From Camelus dromedarius (lineage: Eukaryota): a DNA stretch of 64,000 nucleotides. Positions 12,555 through 26,166 of the stretch are shown here, in pieces; position 1 is the first letter of the stretch; each line of letters opens with the position of its first letter. A model generated the notes under the pieces. It was not told the DNA's origin. It worked only from the letters and a program-made list of their open reading frames with translations, and did not search any database. Position numbers and translations under genes: made by a program. Location: NCBI RefSeq assembly GCF_036321535.1, contig NC_087472.1:92754001-92818000 (forward strand). Reading direction: 5' to 3'.

Positions 12555-14846
12555 TATTTGGACTTCATAATAATATGTGTTTGGCTTGAATTTTACCTCA
12601 GTTTATCCTAAAATGGTTACATTTGTTTCAGCCGGTTTGTTTAAACAGTCTTAGGGAAATCTCGATAAGTTTATAATATATTCTACAGAACATTTTTAGT
12701 TGTCATATATTTACTAAAAATCCCTTCAATAAAGGAAGAAAATATTACTCAACAAGAAGAAACAAATTCATTTGGTCCAAATCATATCTTATGTGCAACA
12801 CATAAACACAGACAAAGATGAAACATTTTGATTTATTTGATACATCAAGACTCTCCCCTAAAAAATCTTTGGATTAAAGTATCCCAAGACACAATGTGTT
12901 TATTTTCCCAGTCAAATCTGTATTTGTTTAAGGAAATAACTGATTGTTTTTATAGTATAATATCAGAGTAGTTTTAAGATGATGAACACATCCAGATCTA
13001 CAGGCTATTCACAGAGCTCCTGAAGCTTTGGGGTAAATCGCAAGGAGACGGGTGAATACAACTGCGGGAACCTCGTTTTCAAATACTCCCACTGATCCCT
13101 TGATATATGGGAACTCTGTACAGGCTCCGTCTTATCTTCAAAAATTTCATAATTTCTATAATTTCTTAGAGTACTAGAAAAACTAGAGGACTGGGGGAAA
13201 AACAAAACAGAAGTCAGAGGTCATGCTCAGGACATCAGTCAAACTGTATGTCAGAAGAAATTTTTGTCTTTTAGCTCAAGGAACTTAAACGTGTATCTTG
13301 GAATCACTTAAAACTTCCATGAGACCTTGAAAGTTAACCTGTTTTACATACAGAATTTATGAGACTCAAGTCATAAATCATTAGCCCTACATCATATGAG
13401 AAACAATAAACCTCAACCAGGAGTCAGAAGTTCTCAGGCCTTAACCAGCTTTCAGAGTCCAAGATGAAAGCACAGTTGATATATCTGTGACCATGTATTC
13501 CCATGGAAAATACAGTTAATGTAAAAAAGGAAATAAACTTCTTGTTCTTGGCTACTCATCTGGTGAGATTATTTTACAGAAACGTGCCCCTTCTTACTGT
13601 GAGTTTTATAATATAGATAATTTATTTGGTATTAACCAGTGTCTTTCTATGCCTGTAATTTGGTTACGCTACAAATTACAAACTTAAGTTCAAACACCCC
13701 TTCAGCTTTGAAACTTTTGTTTGCCCAAGTAAGATTAACCGTACTTTAAAATGGAGATTTTTCAGGTTCAGTGTCCAAAAATGAGTCTTCCCAAAATAGC
13801 AATCTCCCTTGTTCTGATAGTTTTGTAAATCCAAAATTATGCCTTTGAGTAAGTTCTAAACTGGTAAAAACTTTACTTTCACAGACCTTTCTCATTTTTG
13901 GTAAGTCAACCTCCCCTCACAAAACCCAATTTTAAGGTTGCTGGCATGACTAAGCTCTGCCTCTGGCATCATGATTTATCTTCCTACCATTTGATTTGTA
14001 ATTTAAGCGTCAGCTGTTGAAATCATGATCAAAAGTGAAAAGGTACCTAGAGCTTTCAGGCAGTCATGATAATTATGTACATTACTAAACTGCTCAATCA
14101 TATCTAGACCAACAATCCTGTCACCATTTACAAGTCCAATGATCTTAAAACTCTCCCCACTGAAAGAGAAAATTGCTTGCCAGTAAATGACACGTCCATC
14201 ATTCAGTTATATGTCAGTTCAACATTACAAAAAGGTCATCTCCTGAAGAAGGCTTAGCAGAACCTCTCTGGTGAAAATTAATTATTTAGCCACCTGCCTA
14301 AATCCTAAGATAAAGTGACTAGCAATGAGCACTTGGGAAAAAGTCACAACACTGACAAGGATATTCAAAATAGTACCAAATTGGATCCCCAAACCTTTTC
14401 CAGTTTGTGTATTCTGGTTTAAGATCACACACCCTCTGTTTGACAGTAAACTAAAAGTTTACAGTTCTTTATCCTGAGTTTGGTGTGACTGGTACAATTG
14501 GTTTAGAGACGTCTCTAAGCACAGTATACAATATATGGATTCTGCTAATAGTCTCTGGTTAGTGTTGTTTCAGGAGATTAGGGCAACCTGTTGTTCCCTC
14601 AGCGTGGTGGCTTCTAAATACTTTCCTCCTATCCATCATTTTGAAAGGTCTGCCTGATGTATGGGTGACCCACTGCAAATAAACTGATATTGGGAGTTCG
14701 TGGCTACTGACTCACAGGTTATAGTGTATAATAAAATCAGTATCTAAGGTCTTAAAAGTGACAGAGTGGCAGGATAAAAAGTCCTAAGGAAAAGTATTTT
14801 TTTCTGTGTCTTTCTTACACAATTGTTACTTACAATACATTTCTAT

Positions 14847-15003
14847 TAAAAAAAGAAAATGAATGTAAGTATATATATATATATACATATACATACATAC
14901 ACATATATATACACACACACACACACACACATACATGACTGGGACATTGTTCTGTGCACCAGAAATTGACACAGTATAACTAATTGTTCTTCAATTTAAA
15001 AAA
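14847..15003 (+). mobile_element. Extremely 5'-truncated young L1 3' end (camelid-like) with internal (TA)n(CA)n microsatellite
   Basis: gactgggacattgttctgtgcaccagaaattgacacag...ttcaatttaaaaaaa; 13-bp TSD aatacatttctat (14834) / aataaatttctat (15004). Confidence 0.8.
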
Positions 15004-15219
15004 AATAAATTTCTATAAATATCACTGAGAATATATAAAGAATGGTGATATCTTTATCATCATAATTCCAGACAAGAGGTTTTTCTAAGTTTAATGAAGA
15101 GCTATCTGATCAAATTCCATGTACGTGTAACTGAATAAATGTCTCTGCATTATCTTAGGTTTAAATATCAAATACTTTAGGCTAGGCTTTATAATTGCTG
15201 TTGTGGTTAATAATACAAT

Positions 15220-15425
15220 ACTGAGATTTATTGAGCACTGAATATGCATCAAATACTGTGCTAAACATTTCACTTGTATTATCAACAATGCTATGAGAGA
15301 TTTTTTTTATTGTTCTTACTTCACATATAAGAGAACTGTGGATTATAGAGTCTAAGTAACTTTTCCAAAGCCTCACAACTAGTGATGAAGTAGAGCTTCA
15401 AACTTGGGTTTTCTTTTGAATTTAG
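15220..15425 (-). mobile_element. MIR SINE
   Basis: tttattgagcactg...actgtgctaaacattt...gagaactgtgg...taagtaacttttccaaagcctcacaactagt. Confidence 0.75.
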
Positions 15426-16399
15426 AGGCTAATTTTGAAAAAAAAAAGACATTTGTCCTTAAGCTCACTAGTTTTTTTTTTTCTGTTTTCCATCATCTTC
15501 TAGCCCAACTATTGACCCCTCCATTCCTATAATACTTTTCCTCCATTCAGCACTCACATTCTCTCTTCTTTCCTTCCTATCAAAACTTTCCCAGATATAA
15601 AGCATCACTCTTTCAACAAGTATCTGCATGTTAAAGAGGGGGTAACTGCCTGACCTGAAGAATAAAGATACAAGAATAAATCTCCAGCCATTCTTAAGTC
15701 TGTGCAACAGGCTGTGATCAAAAGTGAGGAAGACTTTCTCGGAGCTCATTAGATGATATCAAGTAGTCCATGACCTGAATAGGAGACAAAACTAATGTAA
15801 TGTACCACAACACTATTTCTTTCACAAGGTTCTCAAAAATGGCGTTTCCAGTATTAGGAAAACACTGGAGGATTAAATAACAAAGGATGAGGCTGAAGGA
15901 AAGGAATTATAACTGTCTGACATTGGATTCATATCTATTTTATTGAAAATTAACTCCATAGACTGAAACTTGAACTCACAGAGACTATACTTTTGAAAAT
16001 TCAGTTGTAAACTATTACTCCTCTAATTTCAGGAATTTGGTTAAAACTTGATCTTAAATAAACATGAGATAAGGCAAGGTAGGATGGTAGCTGGTGATCA
16101 AATCTATCGTTTCATTCCATAAAAGAATGGAAGTGAAGTCTTAAGAGCAAATCCTGCCAAAGGATCCTGGATGTTAGACCAAACTTTAAAATGTGGCCTA
16201 CAAGTGTTCAGATGCAGACTGCATGGGCTGAGAGATGCATCCAATCAATCACTGGTGTCAGTCTAGTGGACACAGATAAAATCATGGTTAAAAATGATGG
16301 GGCATGAATCATCCTTCAGAGGCCTGAGGGGTAGACAGCAGGACACAAGCAAAAGCGTGGAGTCAGTGTAAAGCATTCAGCACACAAATAACCCAATCA

Positions 16400-17415
16400 A
16401 AGGTTACCATATCTCACTGAGAGGGAAAAGCCACCAGCATTTCTCACTCCTAATTCCAAGATGAAGGGTTTAAATCGCTAGTTAGTCCAACTGAGAAGTC
16501 AGGGTAATCCTTTCTTTCACTCATCCCACTCCTCTCAATGGACAGAAGCTCTACACCAAGTGCAACAGATCAAGATTACTGGTGTCCTGATCATCCTTGC
16601 CCCAGCTCATTCTCAACACTGGGAGAGGTAAGGCAAGAAGATCAGAAACTACTGCTCTTCCCAGCACTGGGAAAGAAAGCTGGATTTTAATTGGTTTTTT
16701 TAAAAATAATTTTATTGTATTAATTTCAGATAATGCAGACTTCCAAATGTAGAAAATTATGAGTAATATACTGGTGCATTATTTAATGATAAAAGGGTAT
16801 CTCTTAAGAAGGCAATGCAATCCTAAACATATCTGCACCTAACAACAGAGCATCAAAATACATGAGACAAAAATTGATAGAACTAAAAGAAAAAATCAAA
16901 TCCACTATTATATTTGGAGACTTCAACACCCCTTATATCAGTAATTAATAGATTAATGAGGCAAAATACCAATAAGGGTATATATGACTTGAACCACACA
17001 ATCATTTTGGTCTCACTCACATTACAGAATACTCCAACAACAGGATACACATTTGTCACAAGTTCGCATGGAACATTCACCAAGATAGACCACATTCTGA
17101 GTAATGAACACACCATAACAAATTTAAAAGTATAGAAATCAGTCAATGTATTATCTCACACCATAGTGGAATTAAACTAGAAATCAACAGCAGCAAGATA
17201 GTTGGAAAATACTCCCAAATATTTAGAAATTAAATACCACTTATAAATAATCCATGATCAAAGAAAAAGTCTCAAGAAAAATTTTAAAATATTTTGAACT
17301 AAGTGATAATGAAAATACAACTTTTCAAAATCTGTGGGATAATGTGTTAAAATCAGTGTTTAGTGGGAAATTAAGAGCACTGAAGTGCCTGTATTAGAAG
17401 ACCTAAAATCAATTG
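16400..17415 (+). mobile_element. Old LINE-1 (L1MC/L1MD-like): 5'UTR piece plus ORF2 endonuclease region
   Basis: ggagacttcaacacccc (GDFNTP) and ORF 16914-17135 ending SSHGTFTKIDHIL, typical of the L1 APE endonuclease. Confidence 0.85.
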
Positions 17416-17469
17416 AAATGGAGTTGGATTTTTTTAAATGAAATTTACAATGAAGAAAAATGTCATCAT

Positions 17470-17765
17470 TAATTTCATTGATATTTATGAAACATTTGTC
17501 ATATGTCAGGCATTGTTTTAAGTGCTTGGGATACAGGAGTCAACAAGAATGGAAAAGCCCTACTATAATCTAGCTTACATTCTAATGCGGACAAACACCA
17601 AACAATTAAAGAGTAAAAAAAAAAATGCATTCAGAGGGCCATAAGTGATGTAAAGAAAAGAGAACTGGGTGATGTGATGAGTGTTGAGGGGAAGGGGAAG
17701 CACTTGGTGGTATGACTGGGATAATTGTGTCTGAGGATAAGACATTCAACAGAAACTTTCATGAC
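17470..17765 (-). mobile_element. L2 LINE 3' fragment
   Basis: atgtcaggcattgttttaagtgcttgggatacaggag...agcttacattcta. Confidence 0.7.
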
Positions 17766-20058
17766 AGTGTTATGACACTAGGTACAGTATTAGCCTTAAG
17801 CCTTTCTTTCAAACTGCTGAGTTACTTTTTTAATCTTAGAGAATGTGTTTGTCTTTTTCACATTCCATGCTATGAATATATATCTACTATACACATTGAG
17901 GTTTATATATATTTAACTAGATTTGGTTATAGGCAGATTCTAAAAGCAGGCACTTCTATATTTGCCTAAGCAAATCTAGATACATACGAAATTAAAGAAT
18001 GGATAAGAGCTTTTTTTAAAAAGAAAAAAATTATTATTATCAAAGAGATATGTATTTTGATAACTTGAAATTCAACATTTTAATTACAACAAGCAAAAAA
18101 TAGTTAAGACATATTTCCAATCTTTCATATTCAAGGGGAGAAAATGGTAAGGATCCAAAAATATGTGGTTAAGTTTGTCCAAAACTACATCTTTTGCAAA
18201 ACCCAGAGAGTCGACACTTTAAAATTATTTATCAGAGAATGATGCATGGCAAATCAATATAACTGAATTAAAAAGCAAGGTTAATCTAGGTGTTTCCTGA
18301 TTTCTGAAATTCGGCTGGGTGTTTGCTTAAAAAATATGTACATAATACATTGTTTTATTTTGTGTGGACAAAACTAATAAAAACTAAATAGATGGGCACA
18401 CAAGTACTTTATTTATGAATTGTGCAATAGCTATGCTGTTGCTGGTCTCTGTAATTCAAATATGCCACTTAGGCAACATCACTTTTTTCCCTGGCATCCT
18501 GCAGGAATCATGCACAAAGACTAGTCTCTAATCCAAGGCTGTGATCTCTCTTTATACCATACAGAACTCTCCTGAACAGTTCCTATAAAGAGAACTACAT
18601 TATCTCTGATGGTCACACCTAGCAAGCCACCTAGTCAGCTGAACAACTTAAAGTAAATTATTTCACTTCACATGAGGGACTTATAACAGATGACCTCTGG
18701 CACTCAGGGCTTCAAAACTGTTTTGTTCAACATTGTTCTTTAGATAATTCTAAGTATGTTTCTGATCCTTTCTCAGCTGTGGTCATCTTGACCCTTGCCA
18801 TCTCTGCTTCTGCTTTCACAGTGAGATGTCTGATATACACTGCATATGTGCGTCTGTACATATTCCTAAACACTGTGCTCCTCATCTCCAGGCTTTATTT
18901 ATTTATTTCTAATTATTGTATCCAGTTCAAGTTATTTTTTCATTAATCTCCTTAACTCAAGTAAGCATGCCACGTCTTTGCTTCTCTATTCTGTCATCCA
19001 GCCTTTATTTGACCATATAGGTCTATCTGGACTCCTAGTTTCCAGCCTGCATCTTCCCATAGCCATCTAAATCCTGATTTTAACATTCCTCAAACTGAGA
19101 ACACTGGCCGCAATCCGTGTAAAATGAATAGGATTTAGACCATCATTACCACATATTTTCTATTTCCTTGCCAGGATAATTAATGTCTTACAACTTGTCA
19201 AAGGTGCATATTATTAATTACTCTAGGCCACACCTTTTCTATGAGCTTCATTATAATATTGACAGCTTAATTATTCACCAGTATATACCATATTCTGGCC
19301 TTAATTTATATGCATCCAGAGATTTAAATGTATTTGCATAAAATTTACTGAATTAGATTGAGAATGATCAGACTTTAAAGTTGAAATAATTCCACTATGT
19401 TAAACCTCTACTATAGTTTTAAATCACAACATGTCAGTGTGGTACACATTATTGGCTATTATTTAAGCTCTAAATCTAAATAAAACAAGTTTATTTAGGC
19501 TTGAGGAAATTGTCATTTGTGCTTATTTATTGTCTATACTTATGAAGAAGGCCAGTGATTAATTTCATAGTTTGAACATTTCTAACTTATGAGATTTGAC
19601 CAGCTGATAGGAAAAAAGTAGCTTTTTTTTAAATCCAAATGGCCATCTGTACCTATCAGAAATTTCACATCTAATTTCATTAGATGCAGGTGGCAGAAAT
19701 AATTAACACAGCTCTTCATTACATAATAGATCTAATAGGACAGTGGGCATGAGGAATATGGGTTTGTGAAATAAATTTCAATCAATTTGATGTTAACCAG
19801 GTCTTTTTCCTCTATGCTTCCTCTCTTTTTACTTCTCCTTTTGTTTTGGCCTACATACTCACCTCGGGATATCTAGTATTGCGTATTAACCTCCAAAGTC
19901 ATGTTACATACAGTAGAGAACTTGAAATTTGCTGCAGTGTAACACCAATATTGTAAATAATAGTTCAAGGCTGGCTCCCTCGGGCTCTGCCTAGCCACCA
20001 TTTTCTACTTTTCTCTCATGTCCATTCATTGTTTTCCATTACTAATAGTTGTGCATGT

Positions 20059-20085
20059 CAGTGTGTGTGTGTCTGTGTGTGTGTA
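20059..20085 (+). repeat. Imperfect (GT)n microsatellite
   Basis: gtgtgtgtgtgtctgtgtgtgtgt. Confidence 0.85.
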
Positions 20086-20089
20086 TCCA

Positions 20090-21365
20090 TCCAAATCCAA
20101 TGGACATATATTCAAGTCTAGCTTTATGTTACTTCACTTCTCAGCTCTATTAAAAACACTTAATTTCATCTTCTTGCATCACTCTGTGCTCCCATGATAT
20201 TACTCAACTTTTCTACTCTCACTTTTCTTGCTCTGTCAGCTCCTAAAATGTTGAAGGATCCCAGAGCCCCATCCTATGACCTCCATTTTTTTTTATATCT
20301 ACTTTTATACTCAGCTTCAGTGATCTCACCCAGACAAATGGTTTTAAATACCATTTACATGCCAGTGACTCCTTCCATTTAGGTATCCAGTTTTAACCTG
20401 TCCACTGAGCTGCCAGTGAACTTCTTGAAAAATCCACTTAAATTTTCAATGGGCAAATTTACCACATCTTAAAACTGTAATCCCTCTTTCTCCTAATTGG
20501 CCCCATCTCAGTAAAACAGTCCCACAGTGAGCCCAACAGCTCTAAAAACTTAGAAGCCATCCATGGTTCCTTATATATTATATATCCCTCATCCTTCATC
20601 ATCAGTCTGTCATCAAGTCCTGTTCAGTTTTACTTCCGGACTGTCACCCAAACCAGTCTTTAGCTCTCTATCTTCCATTTAAGAACCCAGACAGAGCAAC
20701 TCTCCTCTCCTCCTAGGAGGATTTCAATAGCCTCTTACTCTACAACCAAATTAATCTTTAAAAAATGTGAATCAGATCTTATCATTCTTCCATTTACTAG
20801 ATTCCTGTAAACTGAAAATAAAATGCAAATTCCAAATTACGACCAACAATGTCACACCTGATTCCCCAGTTCCTTCCTTCCACTGTGCCCCTCCAATCAC
20901 TGCTCTATAGCATTTGAAAACTCCACTGTTTGATTCACTGTATGAATCTTGGTCACTACCTGTCAGCCACAATGACCTTCTTTCGATTTCTTAACATGTG
21001 TCCTGTTTGATCCGACTGCATATCTCTAGCATTCAGTGTTCCTTCTGCTTGGAATGAGCTTTTCCCAGGTTCTTATATAACAGGCTCGTTATTTGTCATC
21101 AAATTTCAACTCAAATGGTATCTCCTCAAAAAGACTTTTCCTGACTGCTCTATCTGAGGTAGCTAGCTTTGTCAACCACTATAACGCTAACATGTTTTAT
21201 TTTATTCACAGGATGAAGTATTATAAAATTACCTTGTTTATTTAAGCCCACTAAGCTGTACTCTCCATGAGTGAAGCACCTATCACTTCATCCCCCGTGC
21301 CTACAACAGTAGCTGGCACATACCAGACAACTCAAAGTATTACATGCTAAGTGGGTATTAAATGA
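20090..21365 (+). mobile_element. L2 LINE remnant (about 1.3 kb, including 3' end)
   Basis: ggttttaaataccatttacatgcc, atcaagtcctgttcagttttac, ttccttctgcttggaatg, gtgcctacaacagtagctggcacata motifs. Confidence 0.8.
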
Positions 21366-24300
21366 AAAAAAAAATACTAGATACTCTACTTTTTGAAGAA
21401 ACAAACTATGTCACATATTTTAATAACCCTCTGCCATGTTGTTAACCACACAGCCCAAATGACAACTATAAAAGCAAATAGCTATCAGACTACAGGAAGA
21501 CTTCGTACAACCTGATAGGAAATAGATTTACTCTTTTCATTTGCAGGCCTCAAAATATTTTCTTCAAAAATAAAACAGTTCATTAAAATTGTTATCTCTA
21601 TAATGACTTAGCAGTCTATTCGAGAGCAAAACAACACCAACTAAAGACATGTTACCCATTGACTCTCTAATGCCACAAGAGTAGAGAAAAAAACATCCTT
21701 CTCATTCCACAAATAGTAACCACAGAAGGTTAATTTTACCTCTTTTTCGGTTACAAAGTGGGATATACTCATATTTACACGGTCCCAATGAAAACCAATT
21801 TGCTTTTCAGAAAATAACGTTTTCTTATTAAAAGCACATAACTTAATATCTATTCCAATTCCAGTATATTATATAAATATGTAACTATATAATCATATGA
21901 ATATTTAAATTATCTGTATGAAATAGAACATGCATTTACATTCATATACAAAGGAAAACAGATTCTCATTAACTCTTCATGTATTAATGCAAGTTCACTT
22001 CTGTTTTTTTATGTTTGCAATTCCCAGAGATGTAAGCATCTAAATTAAATATAACCATGAGTTTGAATGGAAGTTTTAAGTATTTGTCATTGAACACTAA
22101 TCTAGAGATGGTGTGGCATAACCACATGGCAACATGAACTAACTGTTCTCATTTTTAAATAGTTTCGAACAGCATCTAGGTGTTCTCCTTAATTCAGAAT
22201 ATCCGGTTGTTAACATCATTTTTCCCAGCCTTTAACTTTTTCTCAAGGTTTCTTCAGGACAGAAACATGTTCAATTTAAGCCATGTTAACCACTGGCATT
22301 CTCCATCCTCTTCTTCATGATCCCTACCTCATTCTCCTGTGAGGAAAACTGGTTTGATTTTATGGCCAAATTGTGTAATAGAAAAGTGCAACCCTAGGTG
22401 CAGAAAGGAGTGATTAGAAGACACGAGTCTCTACTTGACCTTTATGAGTTACTCAGTACTCTTCCTCAGAAACTTTCCCTATCCTGTGCCCTCAGCTGCC
22501 TCCTTCTTGGGACTCTTCTCCTCCCTTCTATCTAATGGAGAGTCTTCTTCCAGAGTGGTCAGGCATCACCAGAAGCTTTGTAGAAAAGATACTTTGACAC
22601 AAGAGAGCTTTCTGGAAAACCTTCCAATCATATCCAAAAAAAGGACAACATGATTCTGTTTTTTCCCATTTATTAAACTAAATGTTATAAACTGTAAATC
22701 AAATTAAGGATGATAAGGAAACTAATAGCATGCATCTATAAAGTTTAAATATTCTTCCTCAGTTATACCAAGCCTGACTTATTCTAAGTTAGGATGATAT
22801 GAAGTCTGCATAATAAGTTTCCAAGTTTCAGAAAAGTCTATTTCTTAAGTCATGAATGGAGGAACAGATTTGGGGAAGCATGAACAACATAAAATTAAAA
22901 CTGGAAAACGTAATCAAGAATTAAAATAACTGCACAAATAAAATTCATTATATGCAAGTTGCTATGTGAGGCATCAATTTAGTCAAGCATATGTTCTTGT
23001 CTAATTCAGAATATGTCAATAGTGTAATCACTCAGGTGGTGATCATAAGAAAGAAAATGTGATAAATACTACTCTGTACCTGCCAGCTATAATTTAGAAT
23101 TCAAACACTGAATTGAAACAGAATCCAATATCATATGCAGGTAAAGCACAAGGGGATAGAAGGTCATTAACAGTTTACTAATTCCATATTAAATAAACAG
23201 AATGGATGTGCTTTTAAGAACATTATGCAAAATTTGAGGTGGGTCTATATGTGAACCCAAAGCCTGAACTTTCTCATTGGAGAATAAGTAAGTTAAACTT
23301 GAAAAAGGTTTCCCTTAAAAATACTAAATATTGAAAGGGTGGACTAAACAAACAAACAAACAAATCATCAAAGAAATTTTTAAAACAAGCAAACAAAAAC
23401 CCAAAGAAGTTAAATTATTGTTGTATCAACCACATGCATGCTACAAAATGAAACTCTCTCCAATTAGCTTCTGTAGACTGTCTCATCTCAGACAATTAGA
23501 GCTAGTTGCACAAAAATTGTCTCATTCAGAACATGCTTTGAGAGGGTTTACAAGATCCCAACGGAGCTTCCAAACTTGTTTTGTTTTCCTAATTGAACAC
23601 TTAGAAGGTAATAACCTCCTCTCAATTCAGAGAAAGCTGGAAACCCTAGGATACAAAGCAGTTTCCAAAGAAAGTTAAAATAAAATCATGTATCATTAAA
23701 AATTGAATAAAATAAACCAAGCATGTCTCTCAAAGAAGCAAAAACATGCCTTTGAAACAAACAGTAAGTCACCACTATTCATTGCAGAGAGGCATGTCAG
23801 TTACAGAGTGGCAGAATGAGTGTGTGAGTTGCCAAATTGAACTAACTCATGTTCTGAATTAAAATAAAACACCCTCAATGTTGTAGGCCACTTCTATTCC
23901 CCAGCATTCCCAGCGTTTGCTGTGTGATCTGTCTTGGGAGACATGGCGGCACTGAGCAGCTGCTTTGGCTCATGCACCATTCCTAGAAGGCACCTTTCCC
24001 TGCAGGACTCCTTTCTTGTATCCAGTTCTCCTTAATGGAATGATCTACATAAGCACACAGGTGGCCAAAACTCCAAGGATAAGAAGGAGGAAAAAGCTGC
24101 ACAATTTCCATTATAAGGAAGTAACTGAAAAGCTGCCCTTTTGAGCAAAAAAAAGGCCACCTCAAGATTCACTTCCCAGGGTAGTCCCAGTGCTTCTGGC
24201 TTTGGCTATTACAATGCCAGGAGGGAATCAAACATGACGACCATGACTAACCTGGTCATCCTAACAGCAAAAGATAAATTGTAATTCTCCCTTTTCAGAG

Positions 24301-25673
24301 AAACAGTAACTCTGATAAAACCACTTATTTCATGTACGTTAAATTCATTCATTTGCTCATGTAATAGTCAGTTACAGAATGCTACCTGCAAGGCCCTGGG
24401 TAAAGGCTTGCAATGGTTATGAAGTCCCTATGTAGGGACCATTCTTCAAGGAGCTTCCCCTTTTGAAGAAGAGTTAGGACATGCACATCAATCAGGGGAA
24501 AATAGAGAATGTTGTGATGAGATTCGTCAATGTGCTTAAATCCAGCAATCAAATACAAATATGTATTGAGCACTAATTATGCAATGACTCTTTTAAGCAC
24601 AGTGATTCTAAAAGACATATACATAAACATGTACAAGATATTTTTGCACTCAATGAGCTTATACTATTTAGTTGGGTAAATAAAACACAGATGTTAAAAA
24701 GCACAGCAAAATCATATATCCTAATCATTTTTGAATCCTCAACACTTGGCACATAGTGGTTCTTCGATAAAAGCATGTTTTGTGAATGAATAGTTAACTG
24801 TGTGTATATTTGTACATACACGTGGGTGTGTGTGTATATACATGGAGGTATACATATGTCTAATGTAACACTATATTTTAAAAGAAGCCTGACACCTTTA
24901 GAACTGCCCCTCCTTTGTGTTCATTTGCAGTATTTCGATGAAGTTAGCAGAGGAAGACTCATTGATACAATCCTCCATTAGAAGCACACATGATAGAAGA
25001 AACCTGAAAGAACTCTGAGGAGGAAATACTGACTTGGGAATATGCTATACGTGACAGGTCTACTACAAAAGAGGGATTTAGCTCCAAAACTGAGGCTTTT
25101 ATGTCATATGTAGAGTGGGCCAGTCTGAACTCAAACCACAAAAGGTGTATCATATTGAAAACCTAAGTACATACTGAAAACCTAAGTATGTATCTGTCCA
25201 GTAAGAATATAGATCAGAAAACTAGCATGAATTCTCAACAGAATTTTAAATTTAATAACAGCAACTGGAATCACCTTTCACTTCTCCCTCTCTCCACTGT
25301 TAATTCCATATTGTACTAGCAACCAAACCCATCTCTTCCTTTCTATTCCTAATGCTATTTATTGCCTCAATTCACATTTTCTCACCTGACTATTGGCCTC
25401 ATTTCCCACCCTCTGGTCTCAGAGGTCTTTCCAATCTATCTGGTCAGGTGATCTCTGTTAAACACCTGCTTAAATTTCTTCAGTGGTTCCTGATTTCCTA
25501 CAAGATAATATTCACCTTTCTTGTTACATTATACAAAGTCCTTTCTGCTATGGTTCTATCTTTCTCCACCTTTTCTCCTGACACACTCCTTCTTTCACCC
25601 ATAATGTGCCCAAATGTACATGTATTCCAACCTTATAAAATTCTTCCGTGTAAAAGCCACTCAAGTTCACTTC

Positions 25674-26166
25674 TGTGATAGACAAACTAATGGCCTCCCC
25701 AAAGGTTTTCACATCCTAATTCCTGGAACCTCTGAAGATGTTACCTGACATGGCAAAGAGGACTTTGCAGATGTGATTAAGAATCTTGAGATGAAGAGGT
25801 TATTCTCGATTAACCATGGAGACCCTAAATGCTATCACAAGGATGCTTGTTAAGAGAGAAACAGCAGAGTCAGAATCAGAGAAGATACGACAACGGAAGT
25901 AGAGGTCAGAGAGTTTGTTTGGAAGATGCTATGTCACTGGATTTGAGTTCAGGAAGGAGCCACAACCCAAGGAATGTAGATAGCTTCTAGAAGCTGGAGA
26001 AGGCAAGGGAAGAGAGTCTCCCCTGGTGCCTCCTGAAGGAATGCAACTTTGCTGACACCTTGATTTTAGGACTTCTGACATCCAATACTGTAAGATAATA
26101 AATTTGTGTTGTTTTAAGCCTCTAAGTTTGTGGTAATTTTTACAGCATCAATAGTGAACTAGTACA
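25674..26166 (+). mobile_element. MaLR solo LTR (MLT1D-like), inserted in an L2 remnant
   Basis: tgtgatagac...ggactttgcagatgtgattaagaatcttgagatg...ataataaatttgtgttgttttaagcc...ctagtaca. Confidence 0.9.

Noticed and set aside
22150..22345. Minus-strand acceptor ttttcctcacag|GAGAATGAG with frame ENEVGIMKKRMENASG-stop
   Set aside because: That frame is phase 0; joined to the phase-1 donor it stops after two codons. No recognisable protein match and no other support.
23331..23678. 115-aa plus-strand ORF
   Set aside because: Starts at TTG, has an A-rich low-complexity start and no recognisable domain.
25156..25192. Direct repeat tgaaaacctaagta, two copies
   Set aside because: Simple local 19-bp duplication, not an array.
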